A stretch of 64,000 nt of DNA from Pseudomonadales bacterium (GCA_045106985.1 JBGCFQ010000033.1:15206-79205), one strand, 5' to 3'. Numbered from the stretch's first letter, positions 1-10,422 are shown. The notes: generated by a model from the letters alone, not told the origin. Translations and numbers: made by a program.

Positions 1-1
1 C

Positions 2-475
2 CCCGAGCTTGATCCTATTGGCCTGAATCGAATAAAAGATTATGTGGGCGAAGATGCGCCCGTTACCAACTGGGACGAGGCCGCCCAACGGTTGCACAGT
101 ACCAGCGATTATATTTTTCCTGATTATTCTTCTGAAGATTGGTTGTCGATGGCGCATAGACTCTACAAAGAAAACGAGTCGGGTGTTCCAGTGTTGAACT
201 TTGACCCCAAGATATCGGAACCCATGAACGGCGAGGGAAGCGAGACTGAAAGCGCAGACCTGTGGGCTTTGTTTGAATCGTGTCGCGAGTTGCCAGTGCT
301 ACTTGTGCGCGGTGAACTTTCAGATTTGTTGCATCCAGATTGCGTAGCAAAAATGCAGCGAATTCATCCAACGATGCACTTTGCAGAAGTGCCACGTGTT
401 GGTCATGTGCCGGTGTTGGATGAGGAGGTGGCAGTGGCAGCCATTAGTGGATTTCTTGCCGCGCTTTCAAACTAG
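2..475 (+). CDS. alpha/beta-fold hydrolase, C-terminal part (5' end lies outside the window)
   Basis: The frame of the 44..475 ORF stays open back to the window edge. The C-terminal 'EVPRVGHVPVLDEE' resembles the catalytic-His region of alpha/beta hydrolases. Confidence 0.55.
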   Translation, partial: PELDPIGLNRIKDYVGEDAPVTNWDEAAQRLHSTSDYIFPDYSSEDWLSMAHRLYKENESGVPVLNFDPKISEPMNGEGSETESADLWALFESCRELPVLLVRGELSDLLHPDCVAKMQRIHPTMHFAEVPRVGHVPVLDEEVAVAAISGFLAALSN

Positions 476-563
476 CGCATATAAACCTCTTTCTTAGCAT
501 CTATACAATAGTGGTTAGATTGGCGCTGACCTGTCTTCCAAAGCAACCAACTGGCGAGCTGCC

Positions 564-1898
564 ATGAAACTGACGAAACTGGTGGATGTACTGCCTGCGG
601 AGCGCGTCACGCTTGCTTGGGCGTTTGTGTACTTCTACTGTTTGCTCTGCAGCTACTACATTATTCGACCAATACGCGATGCAATGGGCATCAGTTCGGG
701 TGTTGATAACCTTCAGTACCTCTATTTTGCCACCATTGTCATTATGCTGGCGTTAGTACCCCTGTTCGGTTGGATAACATCGCGTTGGCCCCGAAGAAAG
801 TTCTTGCCGTTTATCTACTTGTTTTTTATCTTGAACTTGGTGGTTTTTTATTTCTTATTCCGCTTCTACCCTAACGCAGCTCTTTTGTCGCAGAGTTTTT
901 ATCTTTGGGTGAATGTATTTAATTTGTTTGTTGTATCGGTGTTTTGGAGCTTTATGAGCGACATTTTCACTGATTCACAAGCAAAGCGCCTGTTTGGTTT
1001 TATTGCCGCCGGAGGATCCGCTGGTGCAATCACTGGTCCAATCATAACGTCGCTGTTGATTGAGACTGTGGGTTTGCAAAATCTGCTGTTGGTTTCAGCG
1101 GCCTTCCTTGTGTTAGCTATAGCTTGTATTAGCCGTATTGTTGATGCTGACCGCACGATGGACGCAGCCACCAAGGTTCACGCAGTGAATGAAGAAACGG
1201 ATGAGAACAAGAAGGAGAAAGAAGAGCTAGCTGAGGTGGTGGCGCCTAACAAGGAATTACTGAAAGGCGGTGCCTGGGACGGCATTTTTTTAGTATATCG
1301 GTCGCCTTATTTGCTAGGTATTTGCGTTCTTATGCTGTGCTACAGCGTGTTGTCAACGTTTCTCTATTTCCAACAGGTGCAGATTATTGGCGATAATTTC
1401 ACGGATGCGAATGCACGAACCGTTATGTTCGCGCGTGTCGATTTGGTCGTAAATGTGCTCACTATTGTGTGTCAGCTGTTCATAACCAGCAGGCTGATTA
1501 AAACAATAGGTTTGGGTTTAACGCTAGCAATCGTTCCCGCTCTACTAGTGCTCGGCTTGGCGTTGCTTGGGCTTGCGCCCGTGTTCGGTTGGTCAATGTT
1601 GGTGGTGGTCATTGCGCTGCAGGTTGTTCGCCGAGTGGGCTACTATGCCATTATTAATCCCGCTCGCGAAAACCTTTTTGTTGTTGTCAGTCGTGCTGAA
1701 AAGTATAAGGCCAAAAATTTTATCGATACCTCAGTGTATCGAGGTGGCGACATGCTGGCGGCTGGTCTTTCCGGAGTTCTGCGCAGCGCTGGATTTACTA
1801 TTGCCAGTATTGCTTTCATGGCCGTGCCTTTGGCCCTTTTGTGGGCAGCAGTCTCGCTCTGGCTTGGAAAAAAGCATGACGAGAGAACAGCCACATAA
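564..1898 (+). CDS. MFS-type transporter of the ATP:ADP antiporter (AAA/TLC)-like family, substrate unknown
   Basis: 444 aa and polytopic. The N-terminal 'FVYFYCLLCSYYIIRPIRDAMG' matches the signature region I associate with TLC/AAA-family carriers. A charged central loop splits two hydrophobic halves. Confidence 0.6.
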   Translation: MKLTKLVDVLPAERVTLAWAFVYFYCLLCSYYIIRPIRDAMGISSGVDNLQYLYFATIVIMLALVPLFGWITSRWPRRKFLPFIYLFFILNLVVFYFLFRFYPNAALLSQSFYLWVNVFNLFVVSVFWSFMSDIFTDSQAKRLFGFIAAGGSAGAITGPIITSLLIETVGLQNLLLVSAAFLVLAIACISRIVDADRTMDAATKVHAVNEETDENKKEKEELAEVVAPNKELLKGGAWDGIFLVYRSPYLLGICVLMLCYSVLSTFLYFQQVQIIGDNFTDANARTVMFARVDLVVNVLTIVCQLFITSRLIKTIGLGLTLAIVPALLVLGLALLGLAPVFGWSMLVVVIALQVVRRVGYYAIINPARENLFVVVSRAEKYKAKNFIDTSVYRGGDMLAAGLSGVLRSAGFTIASIAFMAVPLALLWAAVSLWLGKKHDERTAT

Positions 1899-2006
1899 GC
1901 TCTTTCTCTTCTTCGCGTGCTTTGCTGTGCTAGCGCCGTTAGAATAGTCTTGGTTTTTGCTCGCAATAGCATCTATTTCAAACACTTCTTAGAGAAAGGA
2001 TCAGGC

Positions 2007-3101
2007 ATGAAGCAATTTCAGGTAAAAAGAGATGATTTTCATCAACATAGAATAGTAGATGATGAGGCCGCAGCTACTACTGAGCTTGCTGATGGTGAAA
2101 TACGTGTTCGCATTAATCGCTTCGCATTCACCGCCAATAATATTACCTATGCAGTAGCGGGCGATATGATTGGCTATTGGCAGTTCTTTCCTGCCTTAGG
2201 TGACGACGCAGAAGGCTGGGGCGTTATTCCGGTGTGGGGTTTCGCTGAAGTACTTGATTGCAAGGCAGAGGGCCTAAGCGTTGGTGAGAAATTGTTTGGC
2301 TATTTCCCGCCAGCCGATGAGCTGACCATGCTGCCGACACGTATTTCTGAACATGGTTTTATTGATGGCGCAGTGCATCGCTCGCAGTTACCCGCCGGCT
2401 ATAATCGTTACCGCCGGGTACAAGCCGAGGTAGGCTACAGCGCCAGTGGTGATGACGAGCGAATGTTGCTGTGGCCCTTATACGCCACGGCCTTTTGTTT
2501 AGGCGATTCCCTACTTGATAATGATTGGTACGATGCTGAGCAAGTTCTGATTATTAGTGCCTCCAGCAAGACCAGTATTGGTTTGGCGTATGCATTGCGC
2601 AGTATTGACGGTGCGCCACGTTCTGTCGGTATAACCTCTTCGCGAAATCTCGATTTTGTGAGTAGCATAGGTGTTTATGACGACCTGTGTTGTTACGACG
2701 ATGTATCAGCCCTAGACCTTACTAAGCCCAGTGTTATTGTCGACATGTCGGGCAATACAGCGGTTCTGGCTGAGCTGCATTCGGCACTTGGTGACAACAT
2801 GAAGTTCACCGTGAATGTTGGTTTAACGCATTGGGAAGATGCTGAACCTAACGAAAAAATCAATACAGAGCGAAGTGAGTTCTTTTTTGCGCCTGGCCAC
2901 ATTCAAAAGCGCAGCGAAGAGTGGGGGCCGCAAGAATTTGACCGTCGCTCTTCAGAGTTTGTTGCCAGTGCTGCTGACCAAAGTCGTTCTTGGCTGTCGT
3001 TGTCGCAACGCGGTGGTCTTGCCGGCCTAAGTGACATATACGATGACGTCTGTGAAGGGCGAAACTCTCCAAAGGAAGGTATTGTCATCGACATGAGCTG
3101 A
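2007..3101 (+). CDS. DUF2855-like protein (MDR/Rossmann-like, function unknown)
   Basis: ORF 1917..3101. I prefer the ATG at 2007 ('MKQFQVKRDDF...'), which follows AAAGGA and matches the usual N-terminus of this family as I recall it. Confidence 0.5.
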   Translation: MKQFQVKRDDFHQHRIVDDEAAATTELADGEIRVRINRFAFTANNITYAVAGDMIGYWQFFPALGDDAEGWGVIPVWGFAEVLDCKAEGLSVGEKLFGYFPPADELTMLPTRISEHGFIDGAVHRSQLPAGYNRYRRVQAEVGYSASGDDERMLLWPLYATAFCLGDSLLDNDWYDAEQVLIISASSKTSIGLAYALRSIDGAPRSVGITSSRNLDFVSSIGVYDDLCCYDDVSALDLTKPSVIVDMSGNTAVLAELHSALGDNMKFTVNVGLTHWEDAEPNEKINTERSEFFFAPGHIQKRSEEWGPQEFDRRSSEFVASAADQSRSWLSLSQRGGLAGLSDIYDDVCEGRNSPKEGIVIDMS

Positions 3102-3119
3102 GATCACTAGTCGCGTTCG

Positions 3120-5222
3120 TCATTGGGTGCGCGACTGTTCGCTTCTGGCTTGCTTTGCCAGCTCGATGATATGAGCACGAATCGCAAAGCTATCCTGTTT
3201 ACTGAGTGCGTCCGCAAAGGACGCCATGCCTTTTGCTTCGAATATTCCCTCTAGCACAATATCATCAAACAAAGCGTGTACTGCGGGTGTCATGCGGCGC
3301 AGATCGGGCAGCATTGGTATGCTATCGTAAACCCCATGGCAACCGCCGCAGTGCAGTACAAACAGCTTTCTGCCGTGCTCGATGGTGGCCGCACTTGCTT
3401 CAATGGAGGGCGGTTCCGGAAAAGGCCCTCTTGGCGGAACCGGGTGCGGCATTTCAACCTGTCCGCCGCCCAGCTTAAAGCTCAGCAGGCGACCCTGGTT
3501 TTCGTACTTTAGAAGCGCTTCATTTCCCTGCAGGGTATTAAAGGCCGGGCCACCCCAGCCAGCCATTACGGCCAGATATTGCTCGCCATCCACGCTGTAA
3601 CTAATCGGTGGCGCGATAATGCCGGTACCGGTGCTTATTCTTTTTAGTTCCTGGCCGCTGCTTGCTTCAAGAATAACGAGATCGCCCATTGCAGTGCCAT
3701 AAACAACAAGCTTACCCGCGGTAGACAGAACACCGCCGTTCCATATATTGGCAATGTTCTTTTGCCAAGCTAAGGTTTGTGTCGCTGGGTTCCAGGCTTT
3801 CAGATAGCCGCTGGTTAGCGGCACTTGCTGCGTGCCGGTCAAAGTCTTTAAATCGTTGGCACCATAGGTGAACCACTTGTCTTCCGCCATGCTGTGCACC
3901 CAGCCGATATCGCGTGCCGTGAAGTACACCAAGCCGGTGTCTGGGCTGAAGGACATGGGCTGCCAATTGTGTCCTCCCGCTGCCGAGGGAAAGACGTACT
4001 TGTCTTCGCTTAGGTAATCTCCCAGACCTGTTTCAATGGGGCGCCCCGTGCTCAGATCAACATGGCTGGCCCAATTAACAAAAACGTACTTTTCCGCCGA
4101 CAGTAACTCGCCCGTTAGGCGGTCGAGCACATAGAAAAATCCGTTCTTTGGGGCTTGCATGATTACTTGTCGCTCTTGCTCGTCGATTTTAATATCGGCA
4201 AGAATCATGTGCTGTGTGGCGGTAAAGTCCCATGTGTCACGAGGTGTTGTCTGGTAATGCCATACCAGCTCACCGCTATCCGGTTTCAATGCCAATATTG
4301 AGGCAAGAAAGAGATTATCGCCGCCGCCGGGGCTGCGTTTGTCGCGAGGCCAGGGTGAACCATTACCGGTTCCTACGTACAGTAAATCAAGCTCGGCGTC
4401 GTAGGCCATGGAGTCCCAGGCAGTGCCACCAGCACCGGTCCAGTTACTTTCCTTGCTCCATGTCTTTGCGGCCCAACTCAATTCTTCATGCTCGAAGGGA
4501 CCATCAGCGCTAGCCGGAACGGTAAAGAAACGCCATTGCAATTTACCGTCCCGCAAATCATAAGCGGAGACGTAACCGCGCACTGAAAATTCTGCGCCAC
4601 CGTTACCAATGATCACCTTGCCCTTCACGACGCGGGGCGCGCCAGTAATGGAGTACCATTGATCTCGATCAATAAGCGTATCGGTTTCCCACAGCAGATT
4701 GCCGTCTTTGGCGTTCAATGCCAGTAAGCGACCGTCCAAGGTGCCGAACAGCACTTTTCCTTCTGAGACGGCTACGCCACGGTTGACCACATCACAGCAC
4801 AAGCGTCGTGCCCAGCTGCGTGGCACCTTTGGGTCGTACTGCCAGAGAATCTCTCCGGTTTTGGCGTCAAGAGCGACAACTCGAGACCAGGTGCTGGTGG
4901 TGTACATCACGCCATCAATCACAATGGGGGTTGCTTCCAAGCCGCGTGTTGAACTCATATCTTGTTGCCAAGCGAGTCCAATTCGCTCTACAGAGCGTGA
5001 GTCGATTTGCGTCAAAGGCGAAAAGCGCTGTTCTGCATCGTCACGCCCATGGGTCAGCCAGTTGCCGTCGACGCTTGCTTCTTTGTTTAACGTGTGGCCT
5101 GGGCTTAGCGTGTCAGCAGGAGCGGGTGAGTCCGTGTTCTGTTGATCGCACCCTGCTTGCAGAATTAGCAAAACGAAAGAGCTTGCTAATAACAGTGGTT
5201 TTTTCATGAGCGGTTTCTTCAT
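3120..5222 (-). CDS. PQQ-dependent quinohemoprotein alcohol dehydrogenase with a lipoprotein-type signal
   Basis: 700 aa. It has the vicinal Cys pair 'RRLCCDVVNRG' and repeated W-rich beta-propeller motifs. The C-terminal cytochrome c domain carries 'CGGCHG'. The N-terminus 'MKKPLMKKPLLLASSFVLLILQAGC' has a lipobox. Confidence 0.85.
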   Translation of the reverse strand: MKKPLMKKPLLLASSFVLLILQAGCDQQNTDSPAPADTLSPGHTLNKEASVDGNWLTHGRDDAEQRFSPLTQIDSRSVERIGLAWQQDMSSTRGLEATPIVIDGVMYTTSTWSRVVALDAKTGEILWQYDPKVPRSWARRLCCDVVNRGVAVSEGKVLFGTLDGRLLALNAKDGNLLWETDTLIDRDQWYSITGAPRVVKGKVIIGNGGAEFSVRGYVSAYDLRDGKLQWRFFTVPASADGPFEHEELSWAAKTWSKESNWTGAGGTAWDSMAYDAELDLLYVGTGNGSPWPRDKRSPGGGDNLFLASILALKPDSGELVWHYQTTPRDTWDFTATQHMILADIKIDEQERQVIMQAPKNGFFYVLDRLTGELLSAEKYVFVNWASHVDLSTGRPIETGLGDYLSEDKYVFPSAAGGHNWQPMSFSPDTGLVYFTARDIGWVHSMAEDKWFTYGANDLKTLTGTQQVPLTSGYLKAWNPATQTLAWQKNIANIWNGGVLSTAGKLVVYGTAMGDLVILEASSGQELKRISTGTGIIAPPISYSVDGEQYLAVMAGWGGPAFNTLQGNEALLKYENQGRLLSFKLGGGQVEMPHPVPPRGPFPEPPSIEASAATIEHGRKLFVLHCGGCHGVYDSIPMLPDLRRMTPAVHALFDDIVLEGIFEAKGMASFADALSKQDSFAIRAHIIELAKQARSEQSRTQ

Positions 5223-5379
5223 GAGTGGTTTCTAGGGAATATGTATGGCGGGCAGTGTAACCTAGCGATATGTTTAGAAAAACCAGAGTCGAAAAAAATC
5301 GTTCTACTCGGTACACTGTTAGGGATTTTGTAAAACACAATGAAAGTGAGAAAGAGAAAAACAGCGGGAGAGTTAAAAG

Positions 5380-5886
5380 ATGAGTAAGCAATGGCATCTA
5401 GCGCAAATGAATGTAGGTACTGTGTTGTACCCACCTGAAGATCCTCGGCTTGACGGTTTTATGAGCCGGCTGGATGAAATTAATGCTCTAGCCGAGCAGA
5501 GCCCAGGTTTTGTTTGGCGATTACAAAGCGACTCAGGCAATGCTACCGACATAGACGTAGGCGGGCCCGAGCTGTTTCTCGTCAACATGTCAGTATGGGA
5601 AACCGCAGAACACCTATTCGACTATGTGTATAAGTCAATGCATCGCGAAGTTATGGTGCAGCGTCGACAGTGGTTCGAGAAGCCAGCGAATATGTATCAG
5701 GTGCTTTGGTGGGTTCCTGCTGAGCATTTACCTACAGCAGAGGAAGGTTTAAAGCGTCTCGACCTGTTGCAGAAAAATGGCCCAAGCGAATCGGCGTTTA
5801 ACTTCAAGTCCAGATACCCAGCGCCAGGAAACAGCGAGGGTCCTAGCGATTTGAAACCGGAGCCGTATTGCGAAGGGTGGAGTTAG
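5380..5886 (+). CDS. DUF3291-like protein
   Basis: 168 aa. 'WHLAQMNVGTVLYPPEDPRLDGFMSRLDEINALAEQSPGFVWRLQ' is the N-terminal pattern I recall for DUF3291. Confidence 0.5.
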   Translation: MSKQWHLAQMNVGTVLYPPEDPRLDGFMSRLDEINALAEQSPGFVWRLQSDSGNATDIDVGGPELFLVNMSVWETAEHLFDYVYKSMHREVMVQRRQWFEKPANMYQVLWWVPAEHLPTAEEGLKRLDLLQKNGPSESAFNFKSRYPAPGNSEGPSDLKPEPYCEGWS

Positions 5887-6540
5887 CTAGTCCAGGTGGC
5901 CCACTCTAACAAAAATAGTCGCGCCCTCGGTAGACCAGGGCGCGTGGCTGCTGCCATGTGGGCTGCGCAGCCAGCTGCCGGCTGGATAGGCGCCGAATTC
6001 GTCTTCAAACACACCGTCGACAACAAAGATCTCTTCGCCGCCAAAATGAGTGTGCCGTGTAAACTGTGTTCCGGGTGCCCATCGCACCATGGCCGTCTGC
6101 ACTGTGCCAAATTGATGTAAAGGCAGTACGCTAAGACCGTCACTAAGGCCCGGCCTCCATTCCGCCGTGTTGGTATCGATGACGACATGCTGCGAATCAC
6201 TCATATCAAACTGCCGAAGCGACACAAAAATAGTTGTGCCGTCTTTAGTAAAGGGAGCGTGCGAAGAGCCTGGCGGGTTGCGCACATAAGTACCCTTTGG
6301 AAAGTCACCTGTTTCGTCAGAGAAGGTACCGTCTAAAACCAGAAACTCTTCACCAGCATCATGAGTGTGAGGCGCAAACGAGCTGCCTGGAGCGTAGCGT
6401 ACAACGGACGTGGCAATTGCCACTTCATCACCTTCCCTATACAACATTTTTCGTTCTACGCCTGGTGCGGGAGAAGGCAACCACTCTTGATCTTGGGGAA
6501 GTAAAACAGCTCGTTCATTGAAGTCAGCGTTAATAAGCAT
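5887..6540 (-). CDS. bicupin protein (ChrR-like cupin domains)
   Basis: Two internal repeats, '...HTHDAGEEFLVLDGTFSDE...PPGSSHAPF' and '...HTHFGGEEIFVVDGVFEDE...PHGSSHAPW', are typical cupin metal motifs. Confidence 0.6.
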   Translation of the reverse strand: MLINADFNERAVLLPQDQEWLPSPAPGVERKMLYREGDEVAIATSVVRYAPGSSFAPHTHDAGEEFLVLDGTFSDETGDFPKGTYVRNPPGSSHAPFTKDGTTIFVSLRQFDMSDSQHVVIDTNTAEWRPGLSDGLSVLPLHQFGTVQTAMVRWAPGTQFTRHTHFGGEEIFVVDGVFEDEFGAYPAGSWLRSPHGSSHAPWSTEGATIFVRVGHLD

Positions 6541-6687
6541 TTGTGCGCAGCCAGAGTTTGGTTCGAGACGCCGATTGTGGCGTTAAATCAGCTGCCATTA
6601 TGAGAGCGTTTAATGAAAATTGTAAGCAAGCCATTATCAGCGGCGGTTAAGTTAGCGGCCGGCGTGGATGCGGAGATCATACAAAAC

Positions 6688-6695
6688 TGTATAAT
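6688..6695 (+). promoter_or_regulatory. candidate extended -10 element (TGTATAAT) upstream of the 6768-11154 operon
   Basis: Exact TGnTATAAT, 73 nt upstream of the ATG at 6768. It is embedded in the small palindrome ATACAaaacTGTAT. No convincing -35 element. Confidence 0.25.
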
Positions 6696-6767
6696 TCCTG
6701 GTACCTGTCGACGAAACCACCCGCCATAGCCGTTGGCAAGTTATAGACACATCACCGGAGCTTCCAT

Positions 6768-7775
6768 ATGCACCTATCTCGTTTCCCTCGTTTACGATTC
6801 GCTCATCTATCCACGCCGCTTGAACCCATGCTGGGCTTAAGTAAATTGCTGGGCGGGCCGAATTTATGGGTTAAGCGTGACGATTGCACGGGGCTGGCAG
6901 GTGGCGGCAATAAAACCAGAAAGTTGGAATTTTTAATGGCTGATGCACTGGCTCAGGGTGCGGATACGATTATCACGCAAGGAGCGACGCAGTCGAATCA
7001 TGCTCGCCAAACGGCCGCCATTGCAACGAAGCTTGGTTTAGAAATGCATATTTTGCTGGAAGATCGCACTGGCTACGAAGACACAGATTACAACTACAAC
7101 GGCAATGTGCTGTTGAACCAAATGTTCGGCGCGCACCTGACCAAGTTCCCTGCTGGAACAGATATGAATCAGAGCATGGCGGATTTGGCAGCGGAGCTAA
7201 GCACTGCAGGACACAAACCCTATGTAATACCTGGTGGCGGCTCGAACCCGATTGGTGCTTTAGGCTATGTAAATGCCGCGCTGGAATTACTTGGGCAGGC
7301 CAATGAAACAGGTTTGCGGATTGACCATGTGGTACACGCTACGGGAAGTGCGGGTACCCAAGCGGGCCTTGTAACCGGCTTTGCCGGAGCGCGAACTTTA
7401 ATACCAGTGCTAGGTATAGGTGTTAGGGCGCCGCAACCGCTACAAGAAGAGAACGTTTATAAATTGGCCTGCGACACAGCCGAACATCTTGGAATTGCCG
7501 GGTCGGTTGAACGTAGTGACGTTGTTGCTAATTGTGATTACGTAGGCGACGGTTATGGTTTACCGACGGACAGCATGCTTGAAGCCCTGGAGCTGACGGC
7601 GCGCACGGAGGCGATCACTCTAGACCCAGTATACAGCGGTAAGGGTATGGCAGGTTTGATCGACCTTGTTAGAAAAGGGCACTTTGAAAAGTACCAGAAC
7701 GTCGTGTTCATCCATACCGGTGGCGCGCAAGCATTGTTCGGCTATAGAGACGCCTTCAGCTACCCCAACTATTAG
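6768..7775 (+). CDS. PLP-dependent enzyme of the D-cysteine desulfhydrase / ACC deaminase / cysteate sulfo-lyase (CuyA) family
   Basis: 335 aa. '[52 protein letters not shown]' is the PLP-Lys region of this family. Confidence 0.8.
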   Translation: MHLSRFPRLRFAHLSTPLEPMLGLSKLLGGPNLWVKRDDCTGLAGGGNKTRKLEFLMADALAQGADTIITQGATQSNHARQTAAIATKLGLEMHILLEDRTGYEDTDYNYNGNVLLNQMFGAHLTKFPAGTDMNQSMADLAAELSTAGHKPYVIPGGGSNPIGALGYVNAALELLGQANETGLRIDHVVHATGSAGTQAGLVTGFAGARTLIPVLGIGVRAPQPLQEENVYKLACDTAEHLGIAGSVERSDVVANCDYVGDGYGLPTDSMLEALELTARTEAITLDPVYSGKGMAGLIDLVRKGHFEKYQNVVFIHTGGAQALFGYRDAFSYPNY

Positions 7776-7823
7776 AGTCGGATTAGTTTGAAAGCGATCC
7801 CGGAATAGTTAAAGAAAAACGCG

Positions 7824-9146
7824 ATGGAATATTTAAAGAAGGCCATCGGTGCCAGTCAACAAGCCGACAGCGATGTGAGTAATGCTGTACAAAGTATGCT
7901 GGCTCGAATTGATCAAGAAGGCGAGGCCGCTGTTCGAGAGTTCGCTGCGCAATTTGACGATTGGACTGGCGATTTCATTCTGTCGGATGAAAAGAGAGCT
8001 GCCTTAATTAGCGAAGTTTCCTCTCAGGTGCGCAGCGACATTGAATTTGCTCACCGGCAGATACGAGGTTTCGCGCAGGCACAACGAGCAAGTTTAAGCG
8101 AATTCGAACTGGCGCCAGTCGGTGGTGTGGTGCTTGGTCAGCGTATAGTGCCAGTGCAATGCGCCGGCTGCTATGTGCCGGGTGGTCGTTATTCGCACGC
8201 AGTATCGGCTTTGATGAGTGTGGCAACGGCTAAAGTTGCTGAAGTGCCGATGATCATCGCTTGCTCACCACCGCATAATGGCCGCATTAATCCGGCAATT
8301 GTGTACGCAATGGATCTGGCCGGTGCTGACGTAATTTTGGAAATGGGCGGCGTGCACGCGGTCGCCAGTTTGGCCAAGGGATTGTTTACGGGAACGCCGG
8401 CCGACATGGTGGTAGGTCCGGGCAACGCCTATGTTGCCGAAGCGAAACGTCTGCTTTTTGGAGAAGTAGGAATTGATGTATTTGCCGGACCAACAGAGTC
8501 TGCAGTAATTGCTGATAAAGACGCAGACCCTTTTACCATAGCGGTGGATTTAGTGTCTCAGGCTGAGCATGGTGTGAATTCACCTGTATGGTTGTTTACA
8601 ACGAGTCGTGAATTAGGAATGCGGGTTATTGAGTTGATGCCCCAACTTGCCGCTGACCTTCCCAATGGCGAAGTTGCGGCTGAAGCGTGGCAGCAGTACG
8701 GAGAGGTTGTACTGTGCGACAGTCGCGAAGAAGTCGCCAGCGTAAGCGATCACTATGCGCCTGAACATCTACAAATATTGGCCGTCGATGAGGATTGGTG
8801 GCTGCAAAGGCTGTGCAACTACGGCTCACTTTTTCTAGGTGAAGGCGCAACAGTGACACATGGTGATAAGTGCTCGGGCACCAATCATATTTTGCCTACT
8901 CGCGGTGCTGCACGTTACAGCGGCGGGCTGAATGTACAGAAATTTTTGAAAACCCTTACCTACCAAAAAATAAGCCCTGAAGCGAACCTGGAGTTCAGCG
9001 CCGTAGGTTCGCGAATATCCAGAGTAGAAGGCATGGAGGGGCATGCCAGAGCCTGTGATTGGCGGCTGCGTAAGTACTTTCCGGATCGTGATTGGCCATT
9101 TCATGTGTACGACCACAAAGCGGATAAAGAGAAGCCGGCAAAGTGA
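7824..9146 (+). CDS. histidinol dehydrogenase-family NAD-dependent dehydrogenase (HisD/HpsN-like paralogue)
   Basis: 440 aa. HisD-type motifs 'FAGPTESAVIAD' and 'SQAEHG' are present. It is not in a his operon context. Confidence 0.8.
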   Translation: MEYLKKAIGASQQADSDVSNAVQSMLARIDQEGEAAVREFAAQFDDWTGDFILSDEKRAALISEVSSQVRSDIEFAHRQIRGFAQAQRASLSEFELAPVGGVVLGQRIVPVQCAGCYVPGGRYSHAVSALMSVATAKVAEVPMIIACSPPHNGRINPAIVYAMDLAGADVILEMGGVHAVASLAKGLFTGTPADMVVGPGNAYVAEAKRLLFGEVGIDVFAGPTESAVIADKDADPFTIAVDLVSQAEHGVNSPVWLFTTSRELGMRVIELMPQLAADLPNGEVAAEAWQQYGEVVLCDSREEVASVSDHYAPEHLQILAVDEDWWLQRLCNYGSLFLGEGATVTHGDKCSGTNHILPTRGAARYSGGLNVQKFLKTLTYQKISPEANLEFSAVGSRISRVEGMEGHARACDWRLRKYFPDRDWPFHVYDHKADKEKPAK

Positions 9147-9182
9147 ATCGGATAAAGAGAAGCGCAGGGAGAGTGAATAGTT

Positions 9183-10382
9183 ATGAGGGTTTTTAAAAAG
9201 TCATTCACACTGCAAGAACCCATTCCAGCCGCTGGCATAGCATCGGCTATTGCTGTTATGAACAGCGGTCGTTTACACCGATATGACGTTGACCCTGGTG
9301 AGTTGGGTGAGGTGTCCGCACTAGAGCGAGAGTTTGCCGATTTTCTGGGCGTGCCGTTTTGCTTGGCCTGTGCGTCAGGCGGTTACGCTATTTATCTCGC
9401 GCTGTCAGCCGCCGGGGTGCAAGCCGGTGACCAGGTCCTCAGTAATGCGTTCACATTGGCCCCGGTTCCTGGGGCTATTCATAATGCTGGCGCACATCCT
9501 GTATTTATCGAAATGGCAGGCGACTACTGCATCGATCTCGACGATTTAGATGCGAAGGCCTCCGCCTGCGATGCACGCGTATTATTACTGTCGCATATGC
9601 GCGGCCACATTGCGGACATGGACAGGGTGTTAGAAATCTGTCAAAGGCACAATTTGTTTTTAATAGAAGACTGCGCTCACACAATGGGCGGCGGCTGGAA
9701 TGGCCGACCGAGCGGGCGCGATGCCGATATTGCGTGCTTCAGTACGCAGACCTACAAGCATTTGAATTCAGGGGAGGGTGGCTTGCTATGCTGCCGAGAC
9801 AGTGACGTGATGGCCAAGGCCACTGTCATGTCAGGTTCTTACATGATGTTCGAACGCCATGGTGCAGGTGCCGAGGCATCGTCATTTAATGAAGCAAAGT
9901 GGTTAACGCCGAATTGCAGCGGTCGAATGGATCACTTACGGGCCGCTATTTTGCGCCCTCAATTGCAGGAGCTGAAGAAACGTTGCGAGCGTTGGAATAG
10001 TTTGTATGCCGTGCTGGAAGGAGGTTTGCGTGCGCTGCCTGCGGTGCGAATGCCGTTAAGGCACAGGCAAGAACAATTTGTTGGCAGTTCAATTCAATTC
10101 TCTCTGCCTGATTTTTCTGAAGCAAGTATTAGGGCAACTGTACAACGGTGCGGCGAGCGCGGCGTTACTCTAAAATGGTTTGGTGCGGCTGAACCCGAGG
10201 GCTATACCAGCCGCTATGATAGCTGGCGTTATGTTGAGAACATGCCGAAACTGTCGAGAACAGAAGAGCTGCTTTCAACCTTGTGTGACATGCGGGTACC
10301 GCTGACCTTTAATGAGGAAGACTGTCGTTTAATCGTATCAATAATTGGTGAAGTACTTGCGCAAGTGCGAGATTCACTGTGA
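9183..10382 (+). CDS. DegT/DnrJ/EryC1/StrS-family PLP-dependent aminotransferase
   Basis: 399 aa. 'FSTQTYKHLNSGEGG' is the PLP-Lys region and 'LIEDCAHTMGG' is also present. Confidence 0.75.
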   Translation: MRVFKKSFTLQEPIPAAGIASAIAVMNSGRLHRYDVDPGELGEVSALEREFADFLGVPFCLACASGGYAIYLALSAAGVQAGDQVLSNAFTLAPVPGAIHNAGAHPVFIEMAGDYCIDLDDLDAKASACDARVLLLSHMRGHIADMDRVLEICQRHNLFLIEDCAHTMGGGWNGRPSGRDADIACFSTQTYKHLNSGEGGLLCCRDSDVMAKATVMSGSYMMFERHGAGAEASSFNEAKWLTPNCSGRMDHLRAAILRPQLQELKKRCERWNSLYAVLEGGLRALPAVRMPLRHRQEQFVGSSIQFSLPDFSEASIRATVQRCGERGVTLKWFGAAEPEGYTSRYDSWRYVENMPKLSRTEELLSTLCDMRVPLTFNEEDCRLIVSIIGEVLAQVRDSL

Positions 10383-10422
10383 AGAGTTTAGAAGTGACGA
10401 GAATAAAAGTGGCGAGAACCGC

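Noticed and set aside
1917-2006. Upstream ATG extension of the DUF2855-like ORF
   Set aside because: The extra 30 codons ('MLCCASAVRIVLVFARNSIYF...') start only 19 nt after the upstream stop. They lack an SD, whereas the ATG at 2007 follows AAAGGA and gives a family-typical N-terminus.
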